Assembly (NCBI GenBank): GCA_009779405.1
Contig: WREI01000001.1
Coordinates: 15,013 to 79,012 of the forward strand
DNA length: 64,000 nt
Direction of reading: 5' to 3'
Origin: Clostridiales bacterium
GTDB lineage: Bacteria; Bacillota; Clostridia; Christensenellales; CAG-138
Within the stretch, counting starts at the first letter, position 1. Each line of letters starts with the position of its first letter. Both the position numbers and the translations under genes were made by a program. Shown here piece after piece: positions 55,560-64,000 of the stretch. Under the pieces are notes generated by a model. It had not been told where the DNA came from, ran no database searches, and saw nothing but the letters and a program-made list of their open reading frames with translations.

Positions 55560-57197
55560 TTATCGCATGGATGACGCAAATTTGGAAATAATTTGCTCCG
55601 CCGCTCGCAATCCATCCACCGCAGCGGAGACGATGCCGCCGGCGTATCCCGCGCCTTCGCCGACCGGATAGAGGTTACGAGTGGAAGTGGATTGCCCGTT
55701 CGGGAGTCTGTCTATGCGCAGGGGCGCGCTGGTGCGGCTCTCGATGGCGGTCAGGACGGCGTCAGGCATGGCGAAATTGAGACCGTTGGCGCGGATTTGG
55801 CGGGCGAAGCCGGGTAGAGCTTCGGCCAAAGCCTGCGCCGCAAAGGGCGGCAGGCAGTCCCACAGATTGCAGGGGTTGACGCCGGGGGCATAGCTTGGAG
55901 CGATGCTGCCGAAGCCCCTGCTTTTGCGCCCGGCGAGGAAGTCCTCCATGCGCTGGGCGGGGGCGAAATGGTTGTTCCCGCCCGCTTTATAAGCGATATT
56001 TTCCCAGTGCTCGCAGAACGCGAGACCGGAGAGCGGGTTGTTTGGCTCTGCGAAATCGGCGGGTGTTATTTGCACCACGAGCGCGGCGTTAGCGTTTTGG
56101 CCGTCGCGGGCGCGGTTGCTCATGCCGTTGACGACCAGTTGCCCCTGCGCCGAAACCGCCGCGACAACCTGCCCGCCCGGACACATGCAGAAGGAATAGA
56201 CGCCGCGGCCCGCTCCCTGCCCTGTGAGACGGTATTCCGCCGCGCCGAGACGCGGATGCCCGGCGAAGCTGCCGTATTGCGCCGCGTCCAACCACGTCTG
56301 CGGATGCTCGGCGCGCACGCCGAGGGCGAAGGCCTTGGGCGACATTTGCACGCCCCGATTGAACAACATACGATAGGTATCCCGCGCCGCCTGCCCCGTC
56401 GCCAGCAGCAGTGCGGCGCATTCCACGCGCTCCGTGCCGCCGTTTTGCAGGATTTCTACGGCGCGCAATTCGCCGTCCTGCACAAAGATATCCGATAATT
56501 TTGCGGAAAAGCGAATCTCGCCGCCCAGACGGGCGATCTCCCGCCGCAGGGCGGGCACGACTTCGCGCAGTTTGTCCGTGCCTATATGCGGCTTGGCGCG
56601 GATTCGTATATCCGCCGGCGCGCCGCAGGCGACCAGGATATCCAATACATCTTCCGCGCGTGCGTCCTTGATGCGCGTGGTCAGTTTGCCGTCCGAAAAG
56701 GTACCCGCGCCGCCCTCGCCGAAGGCGACGTTGCTCTCGTCTTGCAGCGCGCCGCCGCGCCAAAAGCTTTCGACGTCCGCCACGCGTTCCGCAACGGGCC
56801 TGCCGCGCTCGAGAACCAGCGGCGCATAGCCCATTTTGGCCAAGAGGTATGCCGCGAACAGCCCGCCCGGCCCCAGCCCCGCCACCACAACGCGCCCGCG
56901 CGGGGTCTCATTGCCGGGGCAGAGCGGGTCTCGTTTTTCCTCTTTCACAAGCTTTGCCTGCAAGGTTTTGTCGGCCAGCAGTTTTTGCGCGGTTTTTTCA
57001 TCGCAGGTAAATTCCGATTCCGTCATCAGAAAAATATCGTTTTTGTCCCGCGCGTCGACCGACTGGCGCAGGATTTTCAGGTTGCATATCTGCGCGGGGA
57101 CCACTTTGCAGCGCCTTGCCAGCGCATCAATAAAGGCGCTGTCCGGCAGGGACAACGCCTGTTTGACGGCAGGGATGCGTATCACGCTCTGCCGCAT
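55560..57197 (-). CDS. FAD-dependent protein (COG2509-type NAD(FAD)-utilizing dehydrogenase)
   Basis: VVVAGLGPGGLFAAYLLAKMGYAPLVLERG dinucleotide fold. C-terminal YPVGEGAGYAGGI. Confidence 0.75.
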   Translation of the reverse strand: MRQSVIRIPAVKQALSLPDSAFIDALARRCKVVPAQICNLKILRQSVDARDKNDIFLMTESEFTCDEKTAQKLLADKTLQAKLVKEEKRDPLCPGNETPRGRVVVAGLGPGGLFAAYLLAKMGYAPLVLERGRPVAERVADVESFWRGGALQDESNVAFGEGGAGTFSDGKLTTRIKDARAEDVLDILVACGAPADIRIRAKPHIGTDKLREVVPALRREIARLGGEIRFSAKLSDIFVQDGELRAVEILQNGGTERVECAALLLATGQAARDTYRMLFNRGVQMSPKAFALGVRAEHPQTWLDAAQYGSFAGHPRLGAAEYRLTGQGAGRGVYSFCMCPGGQVVAAVSAQGQLVVNGMSNRARDGQNANAALVVQITPADFAEPNNPLSGLAFCEHWENIAYKAGGNNHFAPAQRMEDFLAGRKSRGFGSIAPSYAPGVNPCNLWDCLPPFAAQALAEALPGFARQIRANGLNFAMPDAVLTAIESRTSAPLRIDRLPNGQSTSTRNLYPVGEGAGYAGGIVSAAVDGLRAAEQIISKFASSMR

Positions 57198-57201
57198 GGG
57201 T

Positions 57202-58455
57202 TTAGCTCGGCAGCAGGAGCAGGAGCAAGGTTTCGGGGCTGAAGATAATGATCAGATCCGGGCGCTTGCGTATGGGTTCATAGGCCACCACAAGTTCATG
57301 CTCGCCCGCGTCCAGGCCCTTGGCGTCGAGGACGGCGATGATCTCGTCTATCGTCAGTCCCTCCATCTGCGCCTTGTTGCCGCTCACGGTCACGGTCACT
57401 GTGCCGTCGAAGTCTTCCGGCACCTGCAGGCCCCTCCCGATGTTGCGGACGTCCACCGTTACTTCAAAGATTTTTGTATAGATCTTCTCGCTCACATTGA
57501 TGGAGACCGAGACCTGTGTGGTCTTCAGGGTCACGTTCGGCGGGGTGATCAGCGTCACGGTCTTCGTTGCGTGGGTCAATTCGCCCGGTATCTCAAAATA
57601 TTCGGTCTCCACCTGTTCAATCAGATCCAGGTCTTCGGGTTTGCCATAGATGACCACCCGCTCCAACGAGGGCGTGGTTTTGGTGACAAAAAGCGTCTCA
57701 TCCGGCGCCTGCGCGTTGACAAGCACGGGTACCTCGCGGAAGGCACTGATATTGATATTCGCAATCATCGTCGGCGCCTGCCCGTTGGCGGTGATGACCT
57801 CCACCTCTTCGCCCGCGCTGTTATAGAAAACGAGGACGACGGAACCGCTGAAGTCATCGGTGCGCTCGGTCAGATCGACGACCGCTTCCGCGCGGGAGAC
57901 GGGGGATATATATCTGTCCGCACCCTGCAGGGTCACGTTATCGCGCAACAGGGACTGTTCCTGTACGTCATAGCCCTCCGGCAATTCGCCAACGGTTTTC
58001 AGCTGCACCGGAACTAATTTATCGCGCAGCACATCCACCTCTACGCGCACGAAAGCGGGGTTCCGCGAAACCACTTCCCCCATACGCGACTGCACCTCGC
58101 TCTCGACAGGCAGGTTGTATATGCCGGGTTCCATAATCTTGTTCAGGTTGACCGTGCAGTCGATGCGGCTGGCGTCTATGCTGCTGTGTCGATTGATTTC
58201 GGCATTGACGGCTACGCTGGTGGTGGGATTATCCCAGTTGACGACGATGAGATTACGGGAATGCAAATCCGACATGCCGGTGAGCGTGATGGGCACGCGG
58301 TTGACCGTCTTTTGCCGCGGCAGATTCAGACCCGCCATCACATAGCCCCACAGGAGCAGGGCGAACACGGCGGAGAGCAGCATAACCCACCAGTTCTTTT
58401 TGCACGCGTTGAGGAGGGACGCGCCCGTTCGCCTGAATATATTATTGCTTGCCAT
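57202..58455 (-). CDS. cdaR: YbbR-domain protein, CdaA regulator
   Basis: N-terminal TM segment, repeated YbbR-like beta modules, start overlaps the end of cdaA. Confidence 0.8.
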   Translation of the reverse strand: MASNNIFRRTGASLLNACKKNWWVMLLSAVFALLLWGYVMAGLNLPRQKTVNRVPITLTGMSDLHSRNLIVVNWDNPTTSVAVNAEINRHSSIDASRIDCTVNLNKIMEPGIYNLPVESEVQSRMGEVVSRNPAFVRVEVDVLRDKLVPVQLKTVGELPEGYDVQEQSLLRDNVTLQGADRYISPVSRAEAVVDLTERTDDFSGSVVLVFYNSAGEEVEVITANGQAPTMIANINISAFREVPVLVNAQAPDETLFVTKTTPSLERVVIYGKPEDLDLIEQVETEYFEIPGELTHATKTVTLITPPNVTLKTTQVSVSINVSEKIYTKIFEVTVDVRNIGRGLQVPEDFDGTVTVTVSGNKAQMEGLTIDEIIAVLDAKGLDAGEHELVVAYEPIRKRPDLIIIFSPETLLLLLLPS

Positions 58456-59455
58456 TTTTCTTCCCCCTTCCGCCGTTATTTCCTGCCTTGCGCAGTCCCC
58501 CGCCCGCGCCGTTCTGTTTCAAATAGAGATTCTCCAATATATTGCGCAGAGCGGACGCATCCAAATAGCGCACCAGCTTGCCGTCCTGCGCCATGCTGAT
58601 GGCACCCGTCTCCTCGGAGACGATCAGGACGATTGCGTCGGACACGGAGGAGACGCCCACGGCGGCGCGGTGGCGCGTACCCAATTCGCGGGAGAGTTCC
58701 GTATCGTCCGACAGAGGCAGATAGCAGGCCGCCGCCAACAGGCGGTCGCCCTTGGCGATGACCGCGCCGTCGTGCAGGGGCGTGTTCGGTTCGAATATGT
58801 TTTCGAGCAGCGCGCCCGAGAGCTGGCCGTCTATGCGCGTACCCGTCTCCATGATATCGGAAAGGCCCGTATGCATTTCAAAGACGATCAGCGCGCCCAC
58901 GCGGCGCCGCGAGAGCCGCAGTATACTTGCCTGGATATCGCGCGAGAAATCCTCCGCCCGCAGGCCCATGCTGCCCTCGGACAAGACGCCCGTCAGCGTC
59001 TTGCCGCTGCGCCCTATGCGTTCCAGCACGCGGCGTATCTCGGTTTGGAAGAGGATAAACAGGACGATGATGATGGAGCCGGAGCTTAAAATGGATTCCA
59101 ACAGAAACCCGAGGGCCGGCATTTGCAGCAGGCGTGCCAGCACGGAGAAGATCAGCAGCAGGCCTATGCCCTTGAGCACTTCAAAGGCCTGCGTACCCCG
59201 CGTCCACATGATCAGCTTATACAGCAAAAACGCGATGACTATGATGTCCAGCGCGTCCGTCCAGCGGAACTGCGCGAGCCCGCTGGCGAGGGTATCCAGA
59301 ATATTCGAGAAAGACAAAGACCCTTTACGCTCCTTTTCTTTGCTTTCGCGGGAAGTCTTACGTGGAATCCCCGCATCGTATATATTACCACGCGCGGCAC
59401 GCTTTGTCACATGATAAGTAAAAATGTTCACATAGTTTGCGAAGAAGCGTTGCAT
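58442..59455 (-). CDS. cdaA: Diadenylate cyclase (start uncertain: ATG 59455 or TTG 59317 after AAGGAG)
   Basis: TM region WTDALDIIVIAFLLYKLIMW, DAC domain with DGAVIAKGDRLLAAACYLPLS and TRHRAAVG. Confidence 0.85.
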   Translation of the reverse strand: MQRFFANYVNIFTYHVTKRAARGNIYDAGIPRKTSRESKEKERKGSLSFSNILDTLASGLAQFRWTDALDIIVIAFLLYKLIMWTRGTQAFEVLKGIGLLLIFSVLARLLQMPALGFLLESILSSGSIIIVLFILFQTEIRRVLERIGRSGKTLTGVLSEGSMGLRAEDFSRDIQASILRLSRRRVGALIVFEMHTGLSDIMETGTRIDGQLSGALLENIFEPNTPLHDGAVIAKGDRLLAAACYLPLSDDTELSRELGTRHRAAVGVSSVSDAIVLIVSEETGAISMAQDGKLVRYLDASALRNILENLYLKQNGAGGGLRKAGNNGGRGKKNGKQ

Positions 59456-59476
59456 GTAAAAAAGCACATGTCCGCA

Positions 59477-59505
59477 TTGCCAAGCGGCCTTTGCTGTGTT
59501 AGAAT
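59477..59505 (+). promoter_or_regulatory. Sigma-70-type promoter for asnS
   Basis: TTGCCA (59477-82), 17 nt spacer, TGtTAGAAT (-10 at 59500-05). Confidence 0.5.
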
Positions 59506-59540
59506 ATGCATGGAACAATGTATGCTGTAAGGATGAATTC

Positions 59541-60935
59541 ATGATCACATTAAGGGAAATACTACGCTGTCCTGAAAAATACGCGGGGCAAATTTGCATC
59601 GGCGGCTGGGTGCGCACCGCGCGCAGCGGGAAAAATGTATGCTTTATCGAGCTGAACGACGGCACGAGCTTCGCATCCGCGCAAATAGTCTATGATCCCG
59701 CGCTGCCCTTCACCTATGAAGCGGGTCTGGAGACCGAGCCCGTGCGCACGGGCTGCGCCGTCCGCGTGGAGGGCGAATTGGTTTTGACGCCCAACGCACA
59801 GCAGGCGTTTGAAATTCATGCGAACGCGCTGCATATGCTGGGCAACTGCCCGGTCGATTATCCCATGCAGAAAAAGCGCCACAGTTTGGAATATCTGCGG
59901 ACGCAACAGACCCTGCGCCCGCGCACCAACACCTTTGCGGCGGTCTTTCGCGTGCGCAGTGTCGTTTGCGACGCGATCCACAACTTCTTTCAGCGGCGCG
60001 GCTTCGTCTATGTGCACACCCCGCTGCTGACCAACGCTGACTGCGAGGGGAGAGGCGAGATGTTTCAGGTCACAACCCTGCCCCTGGACAATATCCCGAA
60101 AACGGCGAACGGCGCGGTCGATTTTTCCGAGGACTTTTTCAAGAAGGCCGCATTGCTCTCCGGCACGGGGCAGATGTACGGCGAGGTGTTTGCGCTGGCC
60201 TTCCGCGATATCTATACCTTCGGCCCCACCTTCCGCTCGGAATACAGCTTCACGGCGCGCCACGCCGCCGAGTTTTGGATGATCGAGCCGGAGATGGCCT
60301 TCTGCGACTTGGAAGAGGATATGGATATCGCCGAAGCGATGATCAAGCATATCGTCCGCGAAACTATGGAGCGCTGCCCGCTCGAAATGGAGTTTTTCAA
60401 TAAATTCATCGACAACGGTCTTTTGGAAAGGCTGCAAAACGTAGTCGACAGTGAATTTGACCGCATAACATATACCGAGGCGGTTGCGTTGTTATTGCAG
60501 GCGAAGGTCGAGTTCCAATTTCCCGTCAGCTGGGGCATGGATCTGCAAAGTGAGCACGAACGCTATTTGACCGAGACGGTATACAGAAAGCCCATCTTTG
60601 TGACGGATTATCCGAAAGAGATTAAGCCCTTTTACGCGCGGGAGAACGACGACGGGAAGACCGTGGCAGCGGTCGACCTCCTCGTGCCGGGCGTGGGCGA
60701 GATCATAGGCGGCAGCCAGCGCGAAGAGCGCTTTGACCGCATGGAGCAGCGCTGCGAAGCATTGGGCATGGATATGACCCGCTATCAGTGGTATCTGGAC
60801 CTACGCCGTTATGGCGGGGTCTATCACGCGGGCTATGGGCTGGGCTTGGACCGTATGGTGATGTATCTGACGGGCATGGGCAATATCCGCGACGTCGCGC
60901 CGTTCCCGCGCACGGCCGCGAATATGGAGATGTAA
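59541..60935 (+). CDS. asnS: Asparagine--tRNA ligase
   Basis: MITLREIL start. OB-fold GGWVRTARSGKNVCFIELNDG. Class II motifs FRVRS, ADCEGRGEMFQV, GLGLDRMVMYLTG. Confidence 0.9.
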   Translation: MITLREILRCPEKYAGQICIGGWVRTARSGKNVCFIELNDGTSFASAQIVYDPALPFTYEAGLETEPVRTGCAVRVEGELVLTPNAQQAFEIHANALHMLGNCPVDYPMQKKRHSLEYLRTQQTLRPRTNTFAAVFRVRSVVCDAIHNFFQRRGFVYVHTPLLTNADCEGRGEMFQVTTLPLDNIPKTANGAVDFSEDFFKKAALLSGTGQMYGEVFALAFRDIYTFGPTFRSEYSFTARHAAEFWMIEPEMAFCDLEEDMDIAEAMIKHIVRETMERCPLEMEFFNKFIDNGLLERLQNVVDSEFDRITYTEAVALLLQAKVEFQFPVSWGMDLQSEHERYLTETVYRKPIFVTDYPKEIKPFYARENDDGKTVAAVDLLVPGVGEIIGGSQREERFDRMEQRCEALGMDMTRYQWYLDLRRYGGVYHAGYGLGLDRMVMYLTGMGNIRDVAPFPRTAANMEM

Positions 60936-60960
60936 AAACAAGTAACGACAGGAGGATTGA

Positions 60961-61875
60961 ATGATGAAACGAACGTTCAAATGGCTTGCACTTGTGCTGG
61001 CACTGCTCTTATGCCTGATTCCGCTCAGCGCCGCCATCGGCGACGCGGGCAATTTTGGCGGCGGTGACGATTTTGGCGGCGGCGGCGACTGGGGTGGCGG
61101 CAGCAGTTGGAGCGGCGGTTCCTATGACAGCGATTACGACGGCGGTGGGGGCGGTATCGGCATAGGCGGCGTAATTGTGATTATTATCATTGTCGTGATT
61201 GTTACTTTGGCCAAGAGGGGCAAGGCAGGCAAGGGCAACGCCGCGGGCAGCGCACAGCAGCCCTTCAGTCCCGCCCCGCCCTCCACGGCAGGCCTGCGCC
61301 CGCTCTTTGAGCTGCAGCAGAAAGACCCGGCCTTCTCCGCCGAGGCCCTGCAACAGCAGTTCAGCAACCTCTATGTGCGCATGCAGAACGCGTGGACGGC
61401 GAAGGACTTTGAGCCGATGCGCCCCTATTTCTCGGACGGTCTCTACGCGCAGTTCAACAACCAATTGCAGGAGTATGTGCGCGATAACAAGACCAACTAT
61501 GTGTCCAACATCGCGGTGCTGTCCGTCAATATCCTCGGCTGGACGCCGCAGGGGCCCAAGGACGCGATCACGGCCCGCGTCAAGGTGCGCGTCAACGACT
61601 ATGTGTTGAGCGACGAAAGCGGCACCCTGCTGCAAGGCAGCAAGACGGCCAGCGTATTCATGGAATACGAATGGATCGCACAGCGCGCGTCCGACGCCAA
61701 ATCCGGCGAAGATCTGGGCAAGGCGCAGAACGTCCCCTGCCCGAGCTGTGCCGCGCCGCTCTCCCTCAACGAAAGCGCGAAATGCCCCTATTGCGGATCC
61801 TTGGTGACGATCGCCAACAAGGGCTGGGCGCTGTCCTCCATCCGCGGCATCAGCAAGCAGACGGGCGGGAAGTAA
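60961..61875 (+). CDS. Tim44-like-domain membrane protein with Gly-rich ectodomain and C-terminal zinc ribbon
   Basis: Signal/TM segment, GGGDDFGGGGDWGGGSSWSGG, TM helix IGGVIVIIIIVVIV, Tim44-like core, CPSCAAPL...CPYCGS. Confidence 0.6.
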   Translation: MMKRTFKWLALVLALLLCLIPLSAAIGDAGNFGGGDDFGGGGDWGGGSSWSGGSYDSDYDGGGGGIGIGGVIVIIIIVVIVTLAKRGKAGKGNAAGSAQQPFSPAPPSTAGLRPLFELQQKDPAFSAEALQQQFSNLYVRMQNAWTAKDFEPMRPYFSDGLYAQFNNQLQEYVRDNKTNYVSNIAVLSVNILGWTPQGPKDAITARVKVRVNDYVLSDESGTLLQGSKTASVFMEYEWIAQRASDAKSGEDLGKAQNVPCPSCAAPLSLNESAKCPYCGSLVTIANKGWALSSIRGISKQTGGK

Positions 61876-61941
61876 ACAATCAAGACATAACGAACGCGAA
61901 CCACCCGGTGTCGGGTGGTTCGTTGTTTTGTGCAGGTATCT

Positions 61942-62790
61942 TTATTTCTTTTCGATCGGAACCCATATCTCCACAATGGAGCCCGTCTCACTGCCTTGGA
62001 AGCGCTCATCGTAATACTCCACACAATAATGTGCGTTACCGAGCATTCTTTCGGAATAGCCCTGCGCGTTCGTTCGCAGCCATTCGTTCATCGCGTTGTT
62101 CTCGCTGTCATAACCATTGGCGACATAAACGTCAAACACCGCATATTCGCTTGCCGGAAGCTTGTATAGAGCATAGGCTGCGTCATCAGGCACGCCGGAT
62201 ATTGCGAATCCGACATAAACGGTACTCGTATCATTCTCATACAGGCGTATTTCATATCCGTTGTCGGAGTTTCTGTTTTTGAGCGGCTTTTCCTTGTGCA
62301 GCTTTTCAAACGCCTGCCAGACCTCCCAAGTCTTGTTGCCGTCGCCAAGCGTACCCGCGATGGTCAATGCCGGCCTCTTTATGATTTTTGGATGCAAAAA
62401 AATCCCACCTTTCAGTCTGTTCGTGAATTTCATGATCATATCATCGACGCTTTGCATATCGGAGACCAAGCCCTGCCTGCGATATGCGCCGGGTGCTACA
62501 CCGTATTTGTCTCGGAATGCCCGTGAAAAGGCTTGTGCGGAGTAATAGCCGCAGTCCAAACCGATTGCGAGTATGGATTTGTCCGTCTCCGCAAGCTGTA
62601 AGCACGCGCGAATCAGCCGCCTGTCGCGGATATGGGCCGCCAGCGCTTTTCCGACTATCACGGAAAACATTCGGTGAAAATAATACGGCGAAAAATGAAA
62701 ATGCTTTGCCAGTGTTTCCACGCGCATCGGCTCATCCAGGTGCTCGTCAATATAAACCAGCGCGCTTTTTATGTTTTCAAAGTTTCCCAA
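61942..62790 (-). CDS. AraC-family transcriptional regulator with GyrI-like effector-binding domain
   Basis: FSPYYFHRMF and GYYSAQAFSRAF HTH motifs. C-terminal GyrI-like (VEYYDERF...IVEIWVPI). Confidence 0.8.
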   Translation of the reverse strand: MGNFENIKSALVYIDEHLDEPMRVETLAKHFHFSPYYFHRMFSVIVGKALAAHIRDRRLIRACLQLAETDKSILAIGLDCGYYSAQAFSRAFRDKYGVAPGAYRRQGLVSDMQSVDDMIMKFTNRLKGGIFLHPKIIKRPALTIAGTLGDGNKTWEVWQAFEKLHKEKPLKNRNSDNGYEIRLYENDTSTVYVGFAISGVPDDAAYALYKLPASEYAVFDVYVANGYDSENNAMNEWLRTNAQGYSERMLGNAHYCVEYYDERFQGSETGSIVEIWVPIEKK

Positions 62791-62906
62791 AATCCTCCCT
62801 CCGTTTCATGATTTTGTTGCAGCTGCATGGGAAGTATAACAGGAACGGGCTTGCTTGTCTTAACAATTCTTGCGTACTTCTCTGAAAAAACTATGCGCGT
62901 CCTCCA

Positions 62907-63122
62907 TTATGCGTTATACATTTTGAACAATTCTTTTAGCGTGATATGGATTCCGACAGAGACCAACAAGTCTTTTCTTTGTTCAAACAATTCGGTTAAT
63001 AATGACTTAATATCCTTCCCGTAATGCAATTGATTGTGGCAGTTGCTGCACAATGAAATGATATTTTCTTCTACATCGAGCGATACTGTGAAGTTTTCAT
63101 GGAAACCAAGTGGAAATTCAAA
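62907..63122 (-). pseudogene. HNH endonuclease C-terminal remnant (no start codon)
   Basis: Own translation: FEFPLGFHENFTVSLDVEENIISLCSNCHNQLHYGKDIKSLLTELFEQRKDLL...KMYNA*. An in-frame stop lies immediately upstream. Low-GC context. Confidence 0.45.
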
Positions 63123-63647
63123 TTATCTGAGATTGATGCTTGGATCAAGAGCGGAAAAAGCGCACTCAGATAAATCCAAATCGGCGAAGGGAGATGTGAA
63201 GTCTGAAACTATGAATAGTCCCTAAGGCAGTAGAAAAACTACAAAAAACCAAGCCATATTCGTATGGCAGAAACATTTTATGCGGCGAGATATGATGCCG
63301 ATAGACCAAAACAAGAAACAGCATTTGCAATGAAATGCGATTTTGGACGCGGCACGATATCCTGCACAGAAAAGAGAGAATACAGGCAGTGACTGAACAC
63401 CCAGCGAAAAACGAGTAGCGTCTTTGCAAAGATAAGTCTACGGGCTCTATGGCTCCACTTATTGGTGCTTGAAAGGGCGTTCGGCACACATAATTATTCG
63501 GTCAGCGAAAAGGCTGTGCCCACTCACCTCCACGTGCTCTGTAGTGTGCCTGTCATCTCTAAACCAAGAATATCACATTTTTACGCGAAGGTCATCCCCG
63601 GTTTCATTCCGTTTTGGTGCCTTTCGCAGAAAGGAATGGTCATAATT

Positions 63648-64000
63648 ATGGCGAATATAACGCTGCATAAGGGCGATTGTATCGAAATGATGCAAAAAAC
63701 AGCACCCCACTCGGTGGATTTAATATTAACCGATCCGCCCTACAATCTCGGCAATTTTATGAAGAACCGGTCAACAAACCTGCAGAAAATGCGCGAAAAC
63801 TTTTTCGGTGCCGCCGGTTGGGACGATCTTGAATATGATGAATGGGTCAAGTCCATGAGCAGCTTCTTTAGGGAATCTGTCAGGGTGTTAAAACCCGGCG
63901 GGTCCATGCTGGTATTCATGTCCATCATAAAAGTTGAAACCCTGATCCGCCTGGCAGAGAAAAACGGGTTATACTATAAAACCACCGGAATATGGCACAA
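63648..64000 (+). CDS. DNA methyltransferase (N6-adenine/N4-cytosine type), 5' part; runs off the window
   Basis: Own translation: MANITLHKGDCIEMMQKTAPHSVDLILTDPPYNLG... (DPPY catalytic motif), then VLKPGGSMLVF. Confidence 0.8.
   Translation, partial: MANITLHKGDCIEMMQKTAPHSVDLILTDPPYNLGNFMKNRSTNLQKMRENFFGAAGWDDLEYDEWVKSMSSFFRESVRVLKPGGSMLVFMSIIKVETLIRLAEKNGLYYKTTGIWH

Noticed and set aside
59318-59540. Possible T-box leader upstream of asnS.
   Set aside because: No T-box consensus (GGTGGTACCGCG-like) or specifier/terminator architecture was seen. A simple promoter 35 nt upstream of the ATG explains the region.
63089-63172. METKWKFKLSEIDAWIKSGKSALR, a possible excisionase gene.
   Set aside because: It is only about 24 codons with no RBS, and it partly overlaps the HNH remnant on the other strand. 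It is treated as a remnant and not called as a CDS.

Overview
High-GC (about 60% by eye, not computed) chromosomal segment of a spore-forming Firmicutes/Clostridia-type bacterium. It starts inside dnaA on the minus strand. About 70 genes are called. Housekeeping: dnaA, two signal peptidase I genes, mreB-like, gdhA, pth-mfd, rsmG-mnmG, tRNA-Ser(CGA), uppP, rqcP/yabO, fused ispDF, uvrA, folT-folC, cdaA-cdaR, asnS. Sporulation/envelope: SipL/SpoVID-like DUF3794+LysM protein, spoVAC, a SpoIID-like protein with SH3b and dockerin, an NlpC/P60 hydrolase, and a WbpB/D/E-like amino-sugar triad. Lower-GC accessory patches interrupt this backbone. (1) A tRNA-Ser-linked integrase island (23.9 to about 32.8 kb) holds a recombinase-in-trio (RIT)-like element bounded by 84-bp inverted repeats that truncates a helicase gene. 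(2) A candidate phase-variation switch at 45.1-45.3 kb: two 30-bp palindromic sites in inverted orientation bracket a consensus-like sigma-70 promoter, between a small serine recombinase gene and a lipoprotein gene. (3) A low-GC remnant region (62.8-64 kb) has an HNH fragment and a DNA methyltransferase. Other notable signals: a head-to-tail DnaA-box cluster 6.3 kb from dnaA interleaved with a recurring CTGCATA motif; a coiled-coil/SipW/TasA-like(frameshifted)/sortase B cluster; a flotillin gene followed by four paralogous small membrane/zinc-ribbon genes; a three-copy hairpin repeat family; and two genes with leaderless-mRNA geometry. No CRISPR array and no rRNA gene were seen. All calls rest on hand translation and remembered family motifs. 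No database search was run.
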